From positions 1,512,008-1,576,007 of the forward strand of contig JBFWNU010000001.1 in assembly GCA_050250895.1 (NCBI GenBank): a DNA stretch of 64,000 nt, in the 5' to 3' direction. Positions 35,323 through 44,700 of the stretch are shown in pieces; within the stretch, counting starts at the first letter, position 1; every line of letters starts with the position of its first letter. The notes below the pieces were generated by a model. That model saw only the letters and a program-made list of their open reading frames with translations. It was not told where the DNA came from and did no database searches. Both the position numbers and the translations under genes were made by a program. The stretch is from Vulcanimicrobiota bacterium. Its GTDB lineage: Bacteria; Vulcanimicrobiota; Xenobia; Xenobiales; JADMJV01.

Positions 35323-36596
35323 CGATAACCCTCGAGGGCCGCCATCAGAGCGTGGGTGGCCTCTTCGGTGGTGGTGAAGCGCTCGGCCGTGGTCTTGGCC
35401 AGCATCTTGAGCACGGCCGCATCGACCTCGTCGGGCAGGGTGGGGTTGAACTGGCTGGGTGGAGGCGGGCTGCTGGTCATTTGGGCGAACAGTAACTGCA
35501 TCACGTCGCGAGTGTCGAAAGGCAAGCGCCCGGTCAGCACCTCGTAGGCGATGATGCCCAGAGAATACTGATCGGTGCGGGGATCCAGGTCGTTGCCCTG
35601 GATCTGCTCGGGAGCCATGTAGGCGGGTGTGCCCAGGGCGGTGCCGGTCTGGGTGAGCTTCTCGGAGTCTTCTTGCTTGGCCAGGCCGAAATCCATCACC
35701 TTGAGCAGACCCTTCTCGGTCAGCATGATGTTGTCTGGCTTGAGGTCGCGATGGACCACCCCGCGCGAGTGGGCGTAGACCAGGGCCCCGAACAGAGCCG
35801 AGAGGACCTGGCGGGCCTGGTCGGGGGCCGGCCGGCCCTGCTCGAGCAGGTCGCCCAGGGTCTGGCCCCGCACGAATTCCATGACCAGATAGAAGCGACC
35901 CTGGTGTTCACCCCACGATAGCACGCGCACGATATTGGGATGGTCAAGGCGGGCGCAGATCTCGGCCTCGCGTTCGAATCTTTTGGCGAAGTCTCGCTGG
36001 CGGGCCAGATCCGAAGCGATCACCTTGACGGCCACGGCCCGTTCGGGGTCGAGATTGTCATAGGGAAGGCCGCGATAGACGGTGGCCATCCCTCCCTGAC
36101 CCAGAGCATCCACCAGCTGATAGTCGGCGATCCGCTCCGAGAATAGGCTCTTCACCCTGGCCGTATCGCCGGCGTAGCCTTCTAGCGTGGTGAGGCGTTG
36201 CTCGGCGTCGAGCCCGCGCTTGCGATTGCGCCAGAAGCCGGCCAGGGCAGCGGCGGCCAGGGCCAGCACCAGCCACACCCAGGCGGGGGGGTGAAAGAGG
36301 AAGTCCTTGATGGCCACTGCCGTCGATTCGGGTTTGAGGCGGATCGGCTCTTCGAAAGTGCTGGCCAGCACGGCCGGGTCGACCGGGATGGTGCGATTCT
36401 GGTGGCCCTCGAGCACGAACTGGATGGTGACGTTACCCTGGTTTGGGTCAAACTCGATCTGGGTGGGGGTGACCCCTAGCTCGTTGTTCTGCAAATACAC
36501 CCTGGCACCGGGCGGATAGCTTCTCACCCAGACCTGATCGGCCCAACTGCCGGCGCTCAGACAAGACAACAGCGCAATGGCCCAGAATACTCGCAC
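35319..36596 (-). CDS. PEGA-domain transmembrane Ser/Thr protein kinase
   Basis: [17 protein letters not shown] (PEGA), [37 protein letters not shown]. Confidence 0.93.
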   Translation of the reverse strand: MRVFWAIALLSCLSAGSWADQVWVRSYPPGARVYLQNNELGVTPTQIEFDPNQGNVTIQFVLEGHQNRTIPVDPAVLASTFEEPIRLKPESTAVAIKDFLFHPPAWVWLVLALAAAALAGFWRNRKRGLDAEQRLTTLEGYAGDTARVKSLFSERIADYQLVDALGQGGMATVYRGLPYDNLDPERAVAVKVIASDLARQRDFAKRFEREAEICARLDHPNIVRVLSWGEHQGRFYLVMEFVRGQTLGDLLEQGRPAPDQARQVLSALFGALVYAHSRGVVHRDLKPDNIMLTEKGLLKVMDFGLAKQEDSEKLTQTGTALGTPAYMAPEQIQGNDLDPRTDQYSLGIIAYEVLTGRLPFDTRDVMQLLFAQMTSSPPPPSQFNPTLPDEVDAAVLKMLAKTTAERFTTTEEATHALMAALEGYR

Positions 36597-36673
36597 TCCC
36601 AGAGTTTTCTGGTGGTCAGGAAGAGCTCCTTCACCCCGGGGGATGGTATCGCGTGCGGAACGAATGCCCCGGC

Positions 36674-36898
36674 ATGCAAAAATGGTTGTTCGTGTTCTTT
36701 CTCTTCGGGCTGGGCTCGGCTTCGGCCGAGACCTGGCAGTCGCCCCGCTGGGGCACCAGCTGGATGAGAGTGCCGGGGGTGCTCACCGCCAGCGGTGATC
36801 GCTATCGGGGCGGGTATTTCGGCATCTGGTTCAGTCCCGATTTCAGCCCCGAGCAGATTCGTCAGGTGCTGGCTGGTGTGAAGGCCTACCAGCCCTAG
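36674..36898 (+). CDS. Small secreted hypothetical protein
   Basis: Signal peptide MQKWLFVFFLFGLGSASA; fills the gap between genes. Confidence 0.45.
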   Translation: MQKWLFVFFLFGLGSASAETWQSPRWGTSWMRVPGVLTASGDRYRGGYFGIWFSPDFSPEQIRQVLAGVKAYQP

Positions 36899-38247
36899 AC
36901 CTGAGGCTCGTCGTCGTCGGCCCCGGTGTGGCGGGGCGAGGCGTTCCAGCAGAAGGCGAAGGCCACCGCCGAAGCCAGGGCGCAGGCGATCAATAGCGAG
37001 AAGCCGCCGTCCCAGCCGTAGGTCTCGACCACTTTGCCCAGGCCATAGCCCGAGAGCACGCCGCTGAGATAGCCGAAGAAGCCAGTGAGTCCGATGGCCG
37101 TTGCCGCGGCTCGCTTGGTGGCCAGATCCGCTGTCATCACCCCCACCAAGAACTGGGGGCCGTAGATGAGAAACCCCACCGCCAGCAGAGTAATGCTGTC
37201 GAGCCACTGGCTACCCTCGGGAACCTTCCAGAACAGAAAGATGGCCGCCGCCGTGCCCAGCATATAGACCACGCACACCGGGGCCCGGCGGCTGGCCAGA
37301 TAGCGGTCGGTGATGTAGCCGGCTAACAGCGAGCCCACCAGGCCGGCCAGCTCGAAACCGGCCGTCATGGCTCCCGCCTGGGTCAGGTCGATGTGCTTGG
37401 CCTGGTTGAGATAGGTGGGCGCCCAGTTGAGAAAGCCGTAGCGCACCACGTAGACAAAGAAATTGCCCAGGCAGATCAGCCAGATGTAGGGGTTGGCAAA
37501 GACATGGTGACGCAGGAAGGCCCGAAACTCGGGACCCGATTGGTCTTCGTCGCCGTCGGCTCGGGGCACGCTGGTGTCACCGGTGTATTCTTCGACCGGG
37601 CCAAGCCCGACCGAGGCCGGGGTGTCCCGCAGGTGAACGGCCAGGAAGACACTGATGACCAGGGCGATCAATCCCGGCCCGAAAAAGCACCAGCGCCAGC
37701 CGTAGTTCTCACCGAGATAGCCGGCCAGAATCAAGATGACGGCCGCGCCCACCATGTGCGAGGTGTTCCAGATGCCCCACATCACCCCACGCTCTTTGGG
37801 CGAGAACCAGTGGGACAGGACCCGGGCGCAAGGTGGAAAGCCCATACCCTGGAACCAGCCGTTGAGCATCCACACGATGCCCATGGTCAGGGCCGCATAA
37901 CTAAACCCGAAGACGAAGTTGATGATGGCCGAAACTCCCAGACCGATCGCCATGAAGTAGCGAGGGTTGGAACGGTCGGCCAGCATGCCGTTGAGAAACT
38001 TCGAGCATCCGTAGAGCAGGTCGTGCAGGGTGAGAAAGCCGCCCAGGCTGGACTTGCTGATGCCCAGGTCTTTCTCCATCAGCGGCATGGCCACCGAGAT
38101 GTTTTTACGAACAAAGTAGTAGACCGCGTAGCCGATGAAGGTGGTGTAAAGTTGGCGGATGCGCCAGTAGCGGTAGCTGGTCTGCACCTCTTCGGGGCTG
38201 CCGCTGAGGCGCTCGATGGCCGGGGGCGGGGTGAAGAGGGCTCGCAT
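36895..38247 (-). CDS. MFS organophosphate:Pi antiporter family (GlpT/UhpC/PgtP-like)
   Basis: GYAVYYFVRKN, LADRSNPR, QGMGFPPC, ERGVMWGIWNTSH, RDTP, IYGPQ. Confidence 0.9.
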   Translation of the reverse strand: MRALFTPPPAIERLSGSPEEVQTSYRYWRIRQLYTTFIGYAVYYFVRKNISVAMPLMEKDLGISKSSLGGFLTLHDLLYGCSKFLNGMLADRSNPRYFMAIGLGVSAIINFVFGFSYAALTMGIVWMLNGWFQGMGFPPCARVLSHWFSPKERGVMWGIWNTSHMVGAAVILILAGYLGENYGWRWCFFGPGLIALVISVFLAVHLRDTPASVGLGPVEEYTGDTSVPRADGDEDQSGPEFRAFLRHHVFANPYIWLICLGNFFVYVVRYGFLNWAPTYLNQAKHIDLTQAGAMTAGFELAGLVGSLLAGYITDRYLASRRAPVCVVYMLGTAAAIFLFWKVPEGSQWLDSITLLAVGFLIYGPQFLVGVMTADLATKRAAATAIGLTGFFGYLSGVLSGYGLGKVVETYGWDGGFSLLIACALASAVAFAFCWNASPRHTGADDDEPQV

Positions 38248-38328
38248 AAAGCGTGGCTTTCGCCGGCCGGGTTGTGAACCCTCGGAGAAGTCCAGGAGCC
38301 TTACCGGTCGGGCCAGAATGAAGGGGAA

Positions 38329-38859
38329 GTGAAGAGACGCGCCTTTACCCTGGTCGAGATTCTGATCGCCATGGCGGTGCTGGTGATTTTGGCCGCCGGG
38401 GTCTTCTTTTCGGTCCAGAACACCCGCAATCGCGCGCGCAATGCCGCGATTCTGGCGGCGGCCCGCACCATCGCCGCCGATCAGGTGACCCCGCTGGTCG
38501 GCAAGTTCGATCAGGAGCATCGCTACGGCGGGGCCAACAACGTGAAGTTCTTCAACGGGCAACTGGCCCGCAATCTACAACGCGGCCCCACCGGCAACAT
38601 CTACAGCTATCGCAACCCCGTCTCGCTCAGCGGCGAGGTCGTCGCCCGCGGGGCTCCCAGCGAGCCCGCCCCGGCCATCTACATCACCAACCGCAACAAC
38701 TATACCTACGAGCGGGTGGGGCGCAGCGACAAGCGACTCGAGCGGGTCGAGGGGTCGATCATCATCTGGATGTCGAATAGCTCGCCCGACTTCGAGGTCT
38801 ACTACATCGACACCGACGGTGAGCGCAGCGATTTTCGCTGGACAGCCTCGGGCCCCTAG
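38329..38859 (+). CDS. Type IV pilin/pseudopilin
   Basis: KRRA^FTLVEILIAMAVLVILA N-methyl-Phe motif. Confidence 0.85.
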   Translation: MKRRAFTLVEILIAMAVLVILAAGVFFSVQNTRNRARNAAILAAARTIAADQVTPLVGKFDQEHRYGGANNVKFFNGQLARNLQRGPTGNIYSYRNPVSLSGEVVARGAPSEPAPAIYITNRNNYTYERVGRSDKRLERVEGSIIIWMSNSSPDFEVYYIDTDGERSDFRWTASGP

Positions 38860-39770
38860 AAGACGTCGGCCAGATCGGTGAACTCTTCCTGGCGAGCCAG
38901 ATCGCCGGGCGTCTGCCCCTGATTGTCTTTCAGACTTGCGTTGGCGCCCTTTTGCAACAGTATCTGGGCGGCCTCTTTCGAGTCGTTGGCGGCAGCGTAG
39001 TGAAGCGCGTTCTGGCCTTTGGCGTCGACGCGGTTTGGATCGGCCCCGGCCTCGAGCAACAGCTCGAGCACCGGCACTTCGCCCTGGGCGGCGGCCAGAT
39101 GCAGAGCGGTCTGGCCTTGCTTGTTGGCCGCCGTCACGGTGACCCCGGCTTTCAGGACCGCCTCGGTGGCTTCGGAGCTGTTGCTTTTGACCGCGTAGTG
39201 GAGGGCGGTGTTGCCTGCCTCGTCGGCCTGATCAGGGCGTGCTCCGGCCTCGAGCAGAGGGGTCACCAGCTCGGGCCTGGCTTCGAAGACGGCCCATTGC
39301 AGGGGGGTCGTGCCGCCGGGCCCGACTCCGTTGGGGTTGGCACCCAGCTTCACCAGTTCGGCTACCATCGGTTGGTTCCCGGTCAGGATGGCCGCCTGCA
39401 GGGGCAACTTGCCGTCTAATCCCGGCGCGTTCAAGAGTTCGGGCTGGGATTTGGCCAGGGAGGCCACGCTCTTTTGGTCGCCCTTCTCGATGGCCGTGAT
39501 GAGAGAGTTGCTTTCTGCTTGTTGCTCGACCTTGCGAGTGGCGGCCAGATAGGGAGCCCCCACCATCAAGACGATCGCCAGCACCGCCGCTGCCACCAAA
39601 ACGCCCATCGAGCGGCCGGACAGGCTGGCCGCCCCTTCGGGCTCGACCTCGGTAACGAGATGACCCGCTTCCGAGAGACGGGCAATGGCCTCGACCTTGC
39701 TCTCGGCCTCGATCGTGCCGTGTTTCTTCTGCCCTTGCGAGTCGGTTACGGTATAGCGAAACTTGGCCAC
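38856..39770 (-). CDS. PilC-N-terminal-like module + TM + ankyrin repeats
   Basis: MAKFRYTVTDSQGQKKHGTIEAESKVEAIARL; TM; GNTALHYA, GQTALHLAA, GQNALHYAA. Confidence 0.8.
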   Translation of the reverse strand: MAKFRYTVTDSQGQKKHGTIEAESKVEAIARLSEAGHLVTEVEPEGAASLSGRSMGVLVAAAVLAIVLMVGAPYLAATRKVEQQAESNSLITAIEKGDQKSVASLAKSQPELLNAPGLDGKLPLQAAILTGNQPMVAELVKLGANPNGVGPGGTTPLQWAVFEARPELVTPLLEAGARPDQADEAGNTALHYAVKSNSSEATEAVLKAGVTVTAANKQGQTALHLAAAQGEVPVLELLLEAGADPNRVDAKGQNALHYAAANDSKEAAQILLQKGANASLKDNQGQTPGDLARQEEFTDLADVF

Positions 39771-39842
39771 GATACTCTCTTGGACGGCCCGGCCGGTTTT
39801 CCTCGGAAGGACTCGGGCGCTTGGGCTGGGAACGGCCAGCCT

Positions 39843-40658
39843 ATGACAGACCTCACCACCAGAATCGAAGAAGCCTTTCAAGACCGCCAACTGCTCTCGA
39901 AGCCTGAATATCGGCAGGCGGTCGAAGACACCATCGAGGGCCTCGACAGCGGTCGCCTGAGGGTGGCCGAAAAGCAGGCCGGCGGGTGGGTCGTCAACGC
40001 CTGGGTCAAACAGGCCATTCTGCTTTATTTCGCGGTGGCCGAAATGAAGGTGTTCGAGGTCGGGCCTTTCGAGTTCTATGACAAGATTCCACTCAAGCGC
40101 AACCTGAAGGAAGCCGGCGTGCGGGTGGTTCCCCCAGGAACGGCCCGGCGAGGCAGCTTTCTCGAGCCGGGGGCCATCCTGATGCCCGGCTATGTCAACA
40201 TCGGCGCCCGGGTGGGTGCCGGTACCATGGTCGACACCTGGGCCACCGTGGGCAGTTGCGCCCAGATCGGTTCCCATGTGCACCTGTCGGGCGGAGTGGG
40301 TATCGGGGGCGTGCTCGAGCCCCCCGGGGCCACCCCCGTGATCGTCGAAGATGGAGCCTTCATTGGCAGTCGCTGCATTGTGGTCGAAGGGGTGGTGGTC
40401 GAGCAAGAAGCGGTGCTGGGGGCCAACGTGGTCCTGACCGCCTCGACCCCTATCGTGGATGTAACGGGCTCTGAGGCGAAGATCACCAAAGGGCGGGTTC
40501 CGGCTCGCTCGGTGGTCATCCCCGGTACGATGCCCAAGGAATTCCCGGCCGGTACCTACGGTGTGCCCTGCGCTCTTCTCATCGGTCAGCGTAAAGAGTC
40601 GACCGATAAAAAGACCAGCCTCAACGAGGCACTGCGCGAGTTTCGTGTCGACGTCTGA
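39843..40658 (+). CDS. dapD: 2,3,4,5-tetrahydropyridine-2,6-dicarboxylate N-succinyltransferase
   Basis: WVKQAILLYF, YDKIPLK, MVDTWATVGSCAQIG, GGVLEP, KTSLNEALR. Confidence 0.96.
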   Translation: MTDLTTRIEEAFQDRQLLSKPEYRQAVEDTIEGLDSGRLRVAEKQAGGWVVNAWVKQAILLYFAVAEMKVFEVGPFEFYDKIPLKRNLKEAGVRVVPPGTARRGSFLEPGAILMPGYVNIGARVGAGTMVDTWATVGSCAQIGSHVHLSGGVGIGGVLEPPGATPVIVEDGAFIGSRCIVVEGVVVEQEAVLGANVVLTASTPIVDVTGSEAKITKGRVPARSVVIPGTMPKEFPAGTYGVPCALLIGQRKESTDKKTSLNEALREFRVDV

Positions 40659-41673
40659 GTTAGCTCGCCGCACTCTCGAACTGGTCTCGGTGGCCAGCGT
40701 CACCCGAGCCGAGAAGGCCCTGGCCGATCAAACCCAGGAGTGGGCCCTGAGGCACTTCGGGGCCGAGCGCGTGCGTCGCTGGCGTGACGGGGTGCTGGTC
40801 TTGCCGTCAGGAGCCGGCCCGCACCTGGCTCTGGTGGGGCACCTCGACACCGTGCCTCCGGCCGCCGGTCAGCCCACCGAGATTCGCGACGGCCGGGTCT
40901 ACGGGTGCGGAGCCAGCGACATGAAGGCTGGGGTGGCCGTCATGATGGCCCTGCTCGAGCGCTATGATGCGGTCGGTGTCTTTTATGACCGGGAAGAGGG
41001 TCCGGGCGACGAGAACGGGCTGGTGCCCCTGCTCGAGCTGGCCCCCGCCCTCGCTCTGGCCATCGTGCTCGAGCCCACCAACAACGAGGTTCAGGTTGGC
41101 TGCGTGGGCAGCCTGCACGCGCGCGTTACGGTGGCTGGTCAGCGGGCCCACTCGGCCCGTCCCTGGCAAGGCAAGAATGCCGTTTACGAGGCTCTTCCTC
41201 TCTTGCAGCGTCTGGCCGGTCTGGAACGGCGCCAGGTGCAGGTGCAGGGCCAGACCTTCTATGAGGTGCTTACCGTCACCCAGGCCAACACCGGCAATCC
41301 GCGCAACGCCGTGCCCGATGCTCTGGTGCTCAACCTGAACTATCGGTTCGCTCCGGGGCGCGACGAGCAATCCGCCCGAGCTCAGGTCCTCGAGGCCTGC
41401 CAGGGCCATGAGGTCGAGATCCTCGATTTCGCCCCGGCCGGAGCGGTTTGTCTTGATCATCCACGACTCGACGCCTGGATCAAGAAGCAGGGCCTGGTGG
41501 TCACCTCAAAGCAGGCCTGGACCGACGTGGCTCAACTCACGGCCCGCGGCGTGCCGGCCGTCAATTTTGGCCCCGGCGAGCCGGCTCAGGCCCACCAGGC
41601 GGGGGAATGGGCCGAGATCGCCGCCATCGAGGCCAACTACGAGCACTTGATCCAGCTGCTCGATTGCAGGTAG
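40645..41673 (+). CDS. dapE: Succinyl-diaminopimelate desuccinylase (M20)
   Basis: GHLDTVP, GCGASDMK, YDREEG, AHSARPWQG, WTDVA, AHQ; directly follows dapD. Confidence 0.9.
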   Translation: MSTSELARRTLELVSVASVTRAEKALADQTQEWALRHFGAERVRRWRDGVLVLPSGAGPHLALVGHLDTVPPAAGQPTEIRDGRVYGCGASDMKAGVAVMMALLERYDAVGVFYDREEGPGDENGLVPLLELAPALALAIVLEPTNNEVQVGCVGSLHARVTVAGQRAHSARPWQGKNAVYEALPLLQRLAGLERRQVQVQGQTFYEVLTVTQANTGNPRNAVPDALVLNLNYRFAPGRDEQSARAQVLEACQGHEVEILDFAPAGAVCLDHPRLDAWIKKQGLVVTSKQAWTDVAQLTARGVPAVNFGPGEPAQAHQAGEWAEIAAIEANYEHLIQLLDCR

Positions 41674-41708
41674 AGGACGGCCAGGGTCACGAATCGGCCG
41701 ACATTCCG

Positions 41709-44246
41709 ATGAGCGACTACCTGCTGCCCGACACTTGCTATCCGGCCTTCGCGCCTCTCATCGATTTAAGCGAGAACGAGTGCGCCAACATTACGGCGCG
41801 AGCCGTGACCGCCTGGTTGGGGCAAAGCCGGCCCGACGCCTGGGGCGCCAGTATGTTCTTGTTCGGGCCGACCCGTCGCATGCTGTTCGAGGCGGGCCTC
41901 TGTCTCGAGTGGGAGAACTGGCAGGACCTCTTCACTCAAGACGAGCGCTGGCACGAGTTGCTGGGCGAGTATCAGGCCGGCTCGCTGGCGACCGACCGGC
42001 GGCTGTATCTGGCTCGACTGCTGATGCACGTGGGGCTTTACCAGGGGGTCTTCGACGTTCTTCACGACCTCGAGGGCAGCGAAGAAGAGCTGGGCTGGGC
42101 GCGTTACTTCCGCTTCCAATCCAGACTGATGGAGGACTGGCACTGTCCGCTGGGCGATTTTGGCGACGGTTGGTTGCCGGCGTTTTCTCCGCGGCTGCGC
42201 TATGAGGTCGGCCTTCTGCTGGCCACCACTGCGGTGCGCGAGCGTGAACCGGCCGAGGTCGAGCGGTGGCTGGCCTGGGTCGAGGCCACCCTGCCCGAGT
42301 TTGACGAGGGTCCCGAGCGTAGCCTGGCTCGAGCCCGTTGGCTCAAGAAGAGGACCGGGCTAGACTCGCTTCGCGGCCAACCGGTCGAAGAGGGCTATCG
42401 GGCCGCCCTGGCCTGCCTCGAGTCCATCGAGGACCCCAATTGGCTCGACCTGGCGGTCGAAACCGAGCGCCGCACCCGGGGCAATTTGACCAGTCTCTAT
42501 CTACGGCGCGAGGACTATGCCAGCGCCGAGCCCGAGTGCTTGCGGGTCAACCAACTGGACCCGTTCTGCTCGATGGGATGGATGTTGCGTGGCCGGGTGG
42601 CCGAAGGCCGCGGGCACCTCGATCAGGCGGGGGCGGCCTATACCCTGGCCGCTCGCTACGGCCCCCTCGAACGAACCTACAGCCTGCATCGCCTGGCGGA
42701 ACTCACCGGCAAAGAACAGGCGATGCTGGTCATGGAGTCCATCGAGGCCGACTTCGCCGATGCCCTGGAAACGGTGGTGGCGGCCCGTCGCCTGGCCGAT
42801 GGGACGCGACTGAGTGCCTGGTTCGAGTCGGTCTTGCCCGACCAGGCCGAAGAGGCGGAAACCCCGCCCTTTCCGCTCTATGTCTCAACCATGCGGGCGC
42901 TGGACCGGGATTCGGTGTTCTTGGGCCGAGTGCGTCGCGGCGAGACCTATCAACGCTTTTTGCCGTATTGGGAGCTGCAGGCTCCGACCCTGCCCCACTC
43001 GCTCTCGGCCCTGATGCCGCTCCAGGTCTATCAGGGGCTGACCGGAGCCAAACCCCCGGGTCAGGTGGGCAGCCTGCAACGGGCTCTGGGAGCCGACTTT
43101 CGCGACGAGCTTCGCACAGCGTGCTATTTTGGCACCGAGAGGGCCCAATCCGACGAGGCCCTGGGTCGCGAGCCCGAATCGTTGCGAGGGTTGGCCCCGC
43201 CAATGGACCACTTTCTCGACCTGCTCGAGGGGTTCGACGACCAGTCGCTCGAGCAAAAAAATCAACTCTGCCGTTTGCTGGCGGCGCTGGGCTTCTATGG
43301 TGAGGCGATTCGTTTGCTGCCTATGCCCGACCCCGAGTGCGATTGGGGGCTGCATGACTGCAACGCGTTTCTCTTGCGGCAGAACTATCGCCACGTGCTG
43401 GTGGCCGAGCAAGCCCGTCAGGGTCGCGACTTTGACTACGTCTTCGCCAAGACCTCGGGCGACCCCGAGTTCTTGCGGCTGCGCTATGGCATCGCCCTGG
43501 CGGCCACCATCCATCACGGCCTGCAGCGCGAGGGTGAAGCCACCTGGAAGTGGCGCGAGATCGCTCAGAACGAACTGGCCAGACTGGCGGCCGAGTCGAG
43601 CCATTCGCCGTTTGCGGTGGGTTTGGCGACGACCCGTTTCTATCGGGCCGCCAGCTTTGCACCGTTCGTCACCAAAGACCTCGACCTGTTGCGCAGCGAC
43701 GCCGAGCAGTGCGAGCAGATCGCCCGCGGATTGGCGGCCGGCGACGCGCACGAAGAGCTGCTGCGGCGCGAGAATATGTTTCCCATGCTCGAGACCTGTT
43801 CGCGCATCTGGGGCTTTCTCAAAGATCATGACCGGGCTGCGGCCATGATGGAAGAGATCGTCGCCGAGGTCGATCCTCTCGATTCGAAGGCCTGGATCCA
43901 GGTCGGCGAGATGCGTGAGAAACGGGGCCAGCTCGAGTCGGCCTATGAGGCTTTCTGCCAGGCCGGCAGGCTGCGGGTTCCACTGGGGGCCGTCGCCTGG
44001 TTTCGGGCCGCTCGTTGCGCCGAGCAACTCGGACGAGAGGACGAGTGTCTGGAATGCCTGCTACGCAGTCTGCGCCACTGTGCTGGGGGTACCTCGGCCT
44101 TGCTGGGGGTGCTGGAATTGGCCCGCCGACGCCACGACTCGTATTTGGTCAACTGGTCCCGACTGGCCCTGGAAGGCTTGAGCGAGCGTCCCGAGCTGGT
44201 CGAACCCGAGCGAGGTTGGGTGGAGCAGGCGCTGGCGGCCCAATGA
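41709..44246 (+). CDS. Large TPR-like helical protein with internal duplication
   Basis: LDPFCSMGWMLRGRV / VDPLDSKAWIQVGEM repeats; no enzyme motif seen. Confidence 0.7.
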   Translation: MSDYLLPDTCYPAFAPLIDLSENECANITARAVTAWLGQSRPDAWGASMFLFGPTRRMLFEAGLCLEWENWQDLFTQDERWHELLGEYQAGSLATDRRLYLARLLMHVGLYQGVFDVLHDLEGSEEELGWARYFRFQSRLMEDWHCPLGDFGDGWLPAFSPRLRYEVGLLLATTAVREREPAEVERWLAWVEATLPEFDEGPERSLARARWLKKRTGLDSLRGQPVEEGYRAALACLESIEDPNWLDLAVETERRTRGNLTSLYLRREDYASAEPECLRVNQLDPFCSMGWMLRGRVAEGRGHLDQAGAAYTLAARYGPLERTYSLHRLAELTGKEQAMLVMESIEADFADALETVVAARRLADGTRLSAWFESVLPDQAEEAETPPFPLYVSTMRALDRDSVFLGRVRRGETYQRFLPYWELQAPTLPHSLSALMPLQVYQGLTGAKPPGQVGSLQRALGADFRDELRTACYFGTERAQSDEALGREPESLRGLAPPMDHFLDLLEGFDDQSLEQKNQLCRLLAALGFYGEAIRLLPMPDPECDWGLHDCNAFLLRQNYRHVLVAEQARQGRDFDYVFAKTSGDPEFLRLRYGIALAATIHHGLQREGEATWKWREIAQNELARLAAESSHSPFAVGLATTRFYRAASFAPFVTKDLDLLRSDAEQCEQIARGLAAGDAHEELLRRENMFPMLETCSRIWGFLKDHDRAAAMMEEIVAEVDPLDSKAWIQVGEMREKRGQLESAYEAFCQAGRLRVPLGAVAWFRAARCAEQLGREDECLECLLRSLRHCAGGTSALLGVLELARRRHDSYLVNWSRLALEGLSERPELVEPERGWVEQALAAQ

Positions 44247-44273
44247 AAATCGGGCCGGAAATCCCGGCCCGAG
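44246..44273 (-). terminator. Intrinsic terminator between convergent genes
   Basis: Minus strand TCGGGCCGG-GATTT-CCGGCCCGA-TTTT. Confidence 0.65.
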
Positions 44274-44293
44274 GAAAGTTCTTGTCTTTGAGT

Positions 44294-44572
44294 TTAGGTG
44301 CCGACGTGATCGTCGTCGATGAAGACGGTAGCGCGGCTGGCCGTGTTGAGCCCGGCAAAGCTCTCGGTCAGAGCGCTGGCAAGCTTACCCCCGCTGGCCG
44401 AGGGTTTTTCGCTGGCCTGGGGCGCGTTGGGGGTCGAAGCGGGTTTGTTGGGGGCGCTCGGCTTCGGCTTGTTGGTGTTGCTATTGGTGCCGGTGGGCTT
44501 GGGCTTGCTCGTGGCCGGTTTGGTGTTACGACTGGGGCGGCTGGCCGAGCCGGAAACTTTGGAAATAGCCAT
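44294..44572 (-). CDS. Small S/T/K/P-rich low-complexity protein
   Basis: SD GAGGAG upstream; terminator downstream; MAISKVSGSAS. Confidence 0.6.
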   Translation of the reverse strand: MAISKVSGSASRPSRNTKPATSKPKPTGTNSNTNKPKPSAPNKPASTPNAPQASEKPSASGGKLASALTESFAGLNTASRATVFIDDDHVGT

Positions 44573-44700
44573 TGTTAGTGAGTCTCCTCGTGCTGTGGTT
44601 GATACCTTCTGGTTGATAGCAGGATACTCCGGGTTTCTTGGGGCGGGGTTTGGACTGGGACCCGGGAGTTATGAACTGGCTGTAAATTTTTTGGCGAACT

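Noticed and set aside
38248-38562. N-terminal extension of the MFS ORF
   Set aside because: Antisense to the pilin gene; GlpT-like similarity starts at MRALF (38247).
39771-40703. N-terminal 300 aa of ORF 38856..40703
   Set aside because: Antisense shadow of dapD; the real gene starts at GTG 39770.
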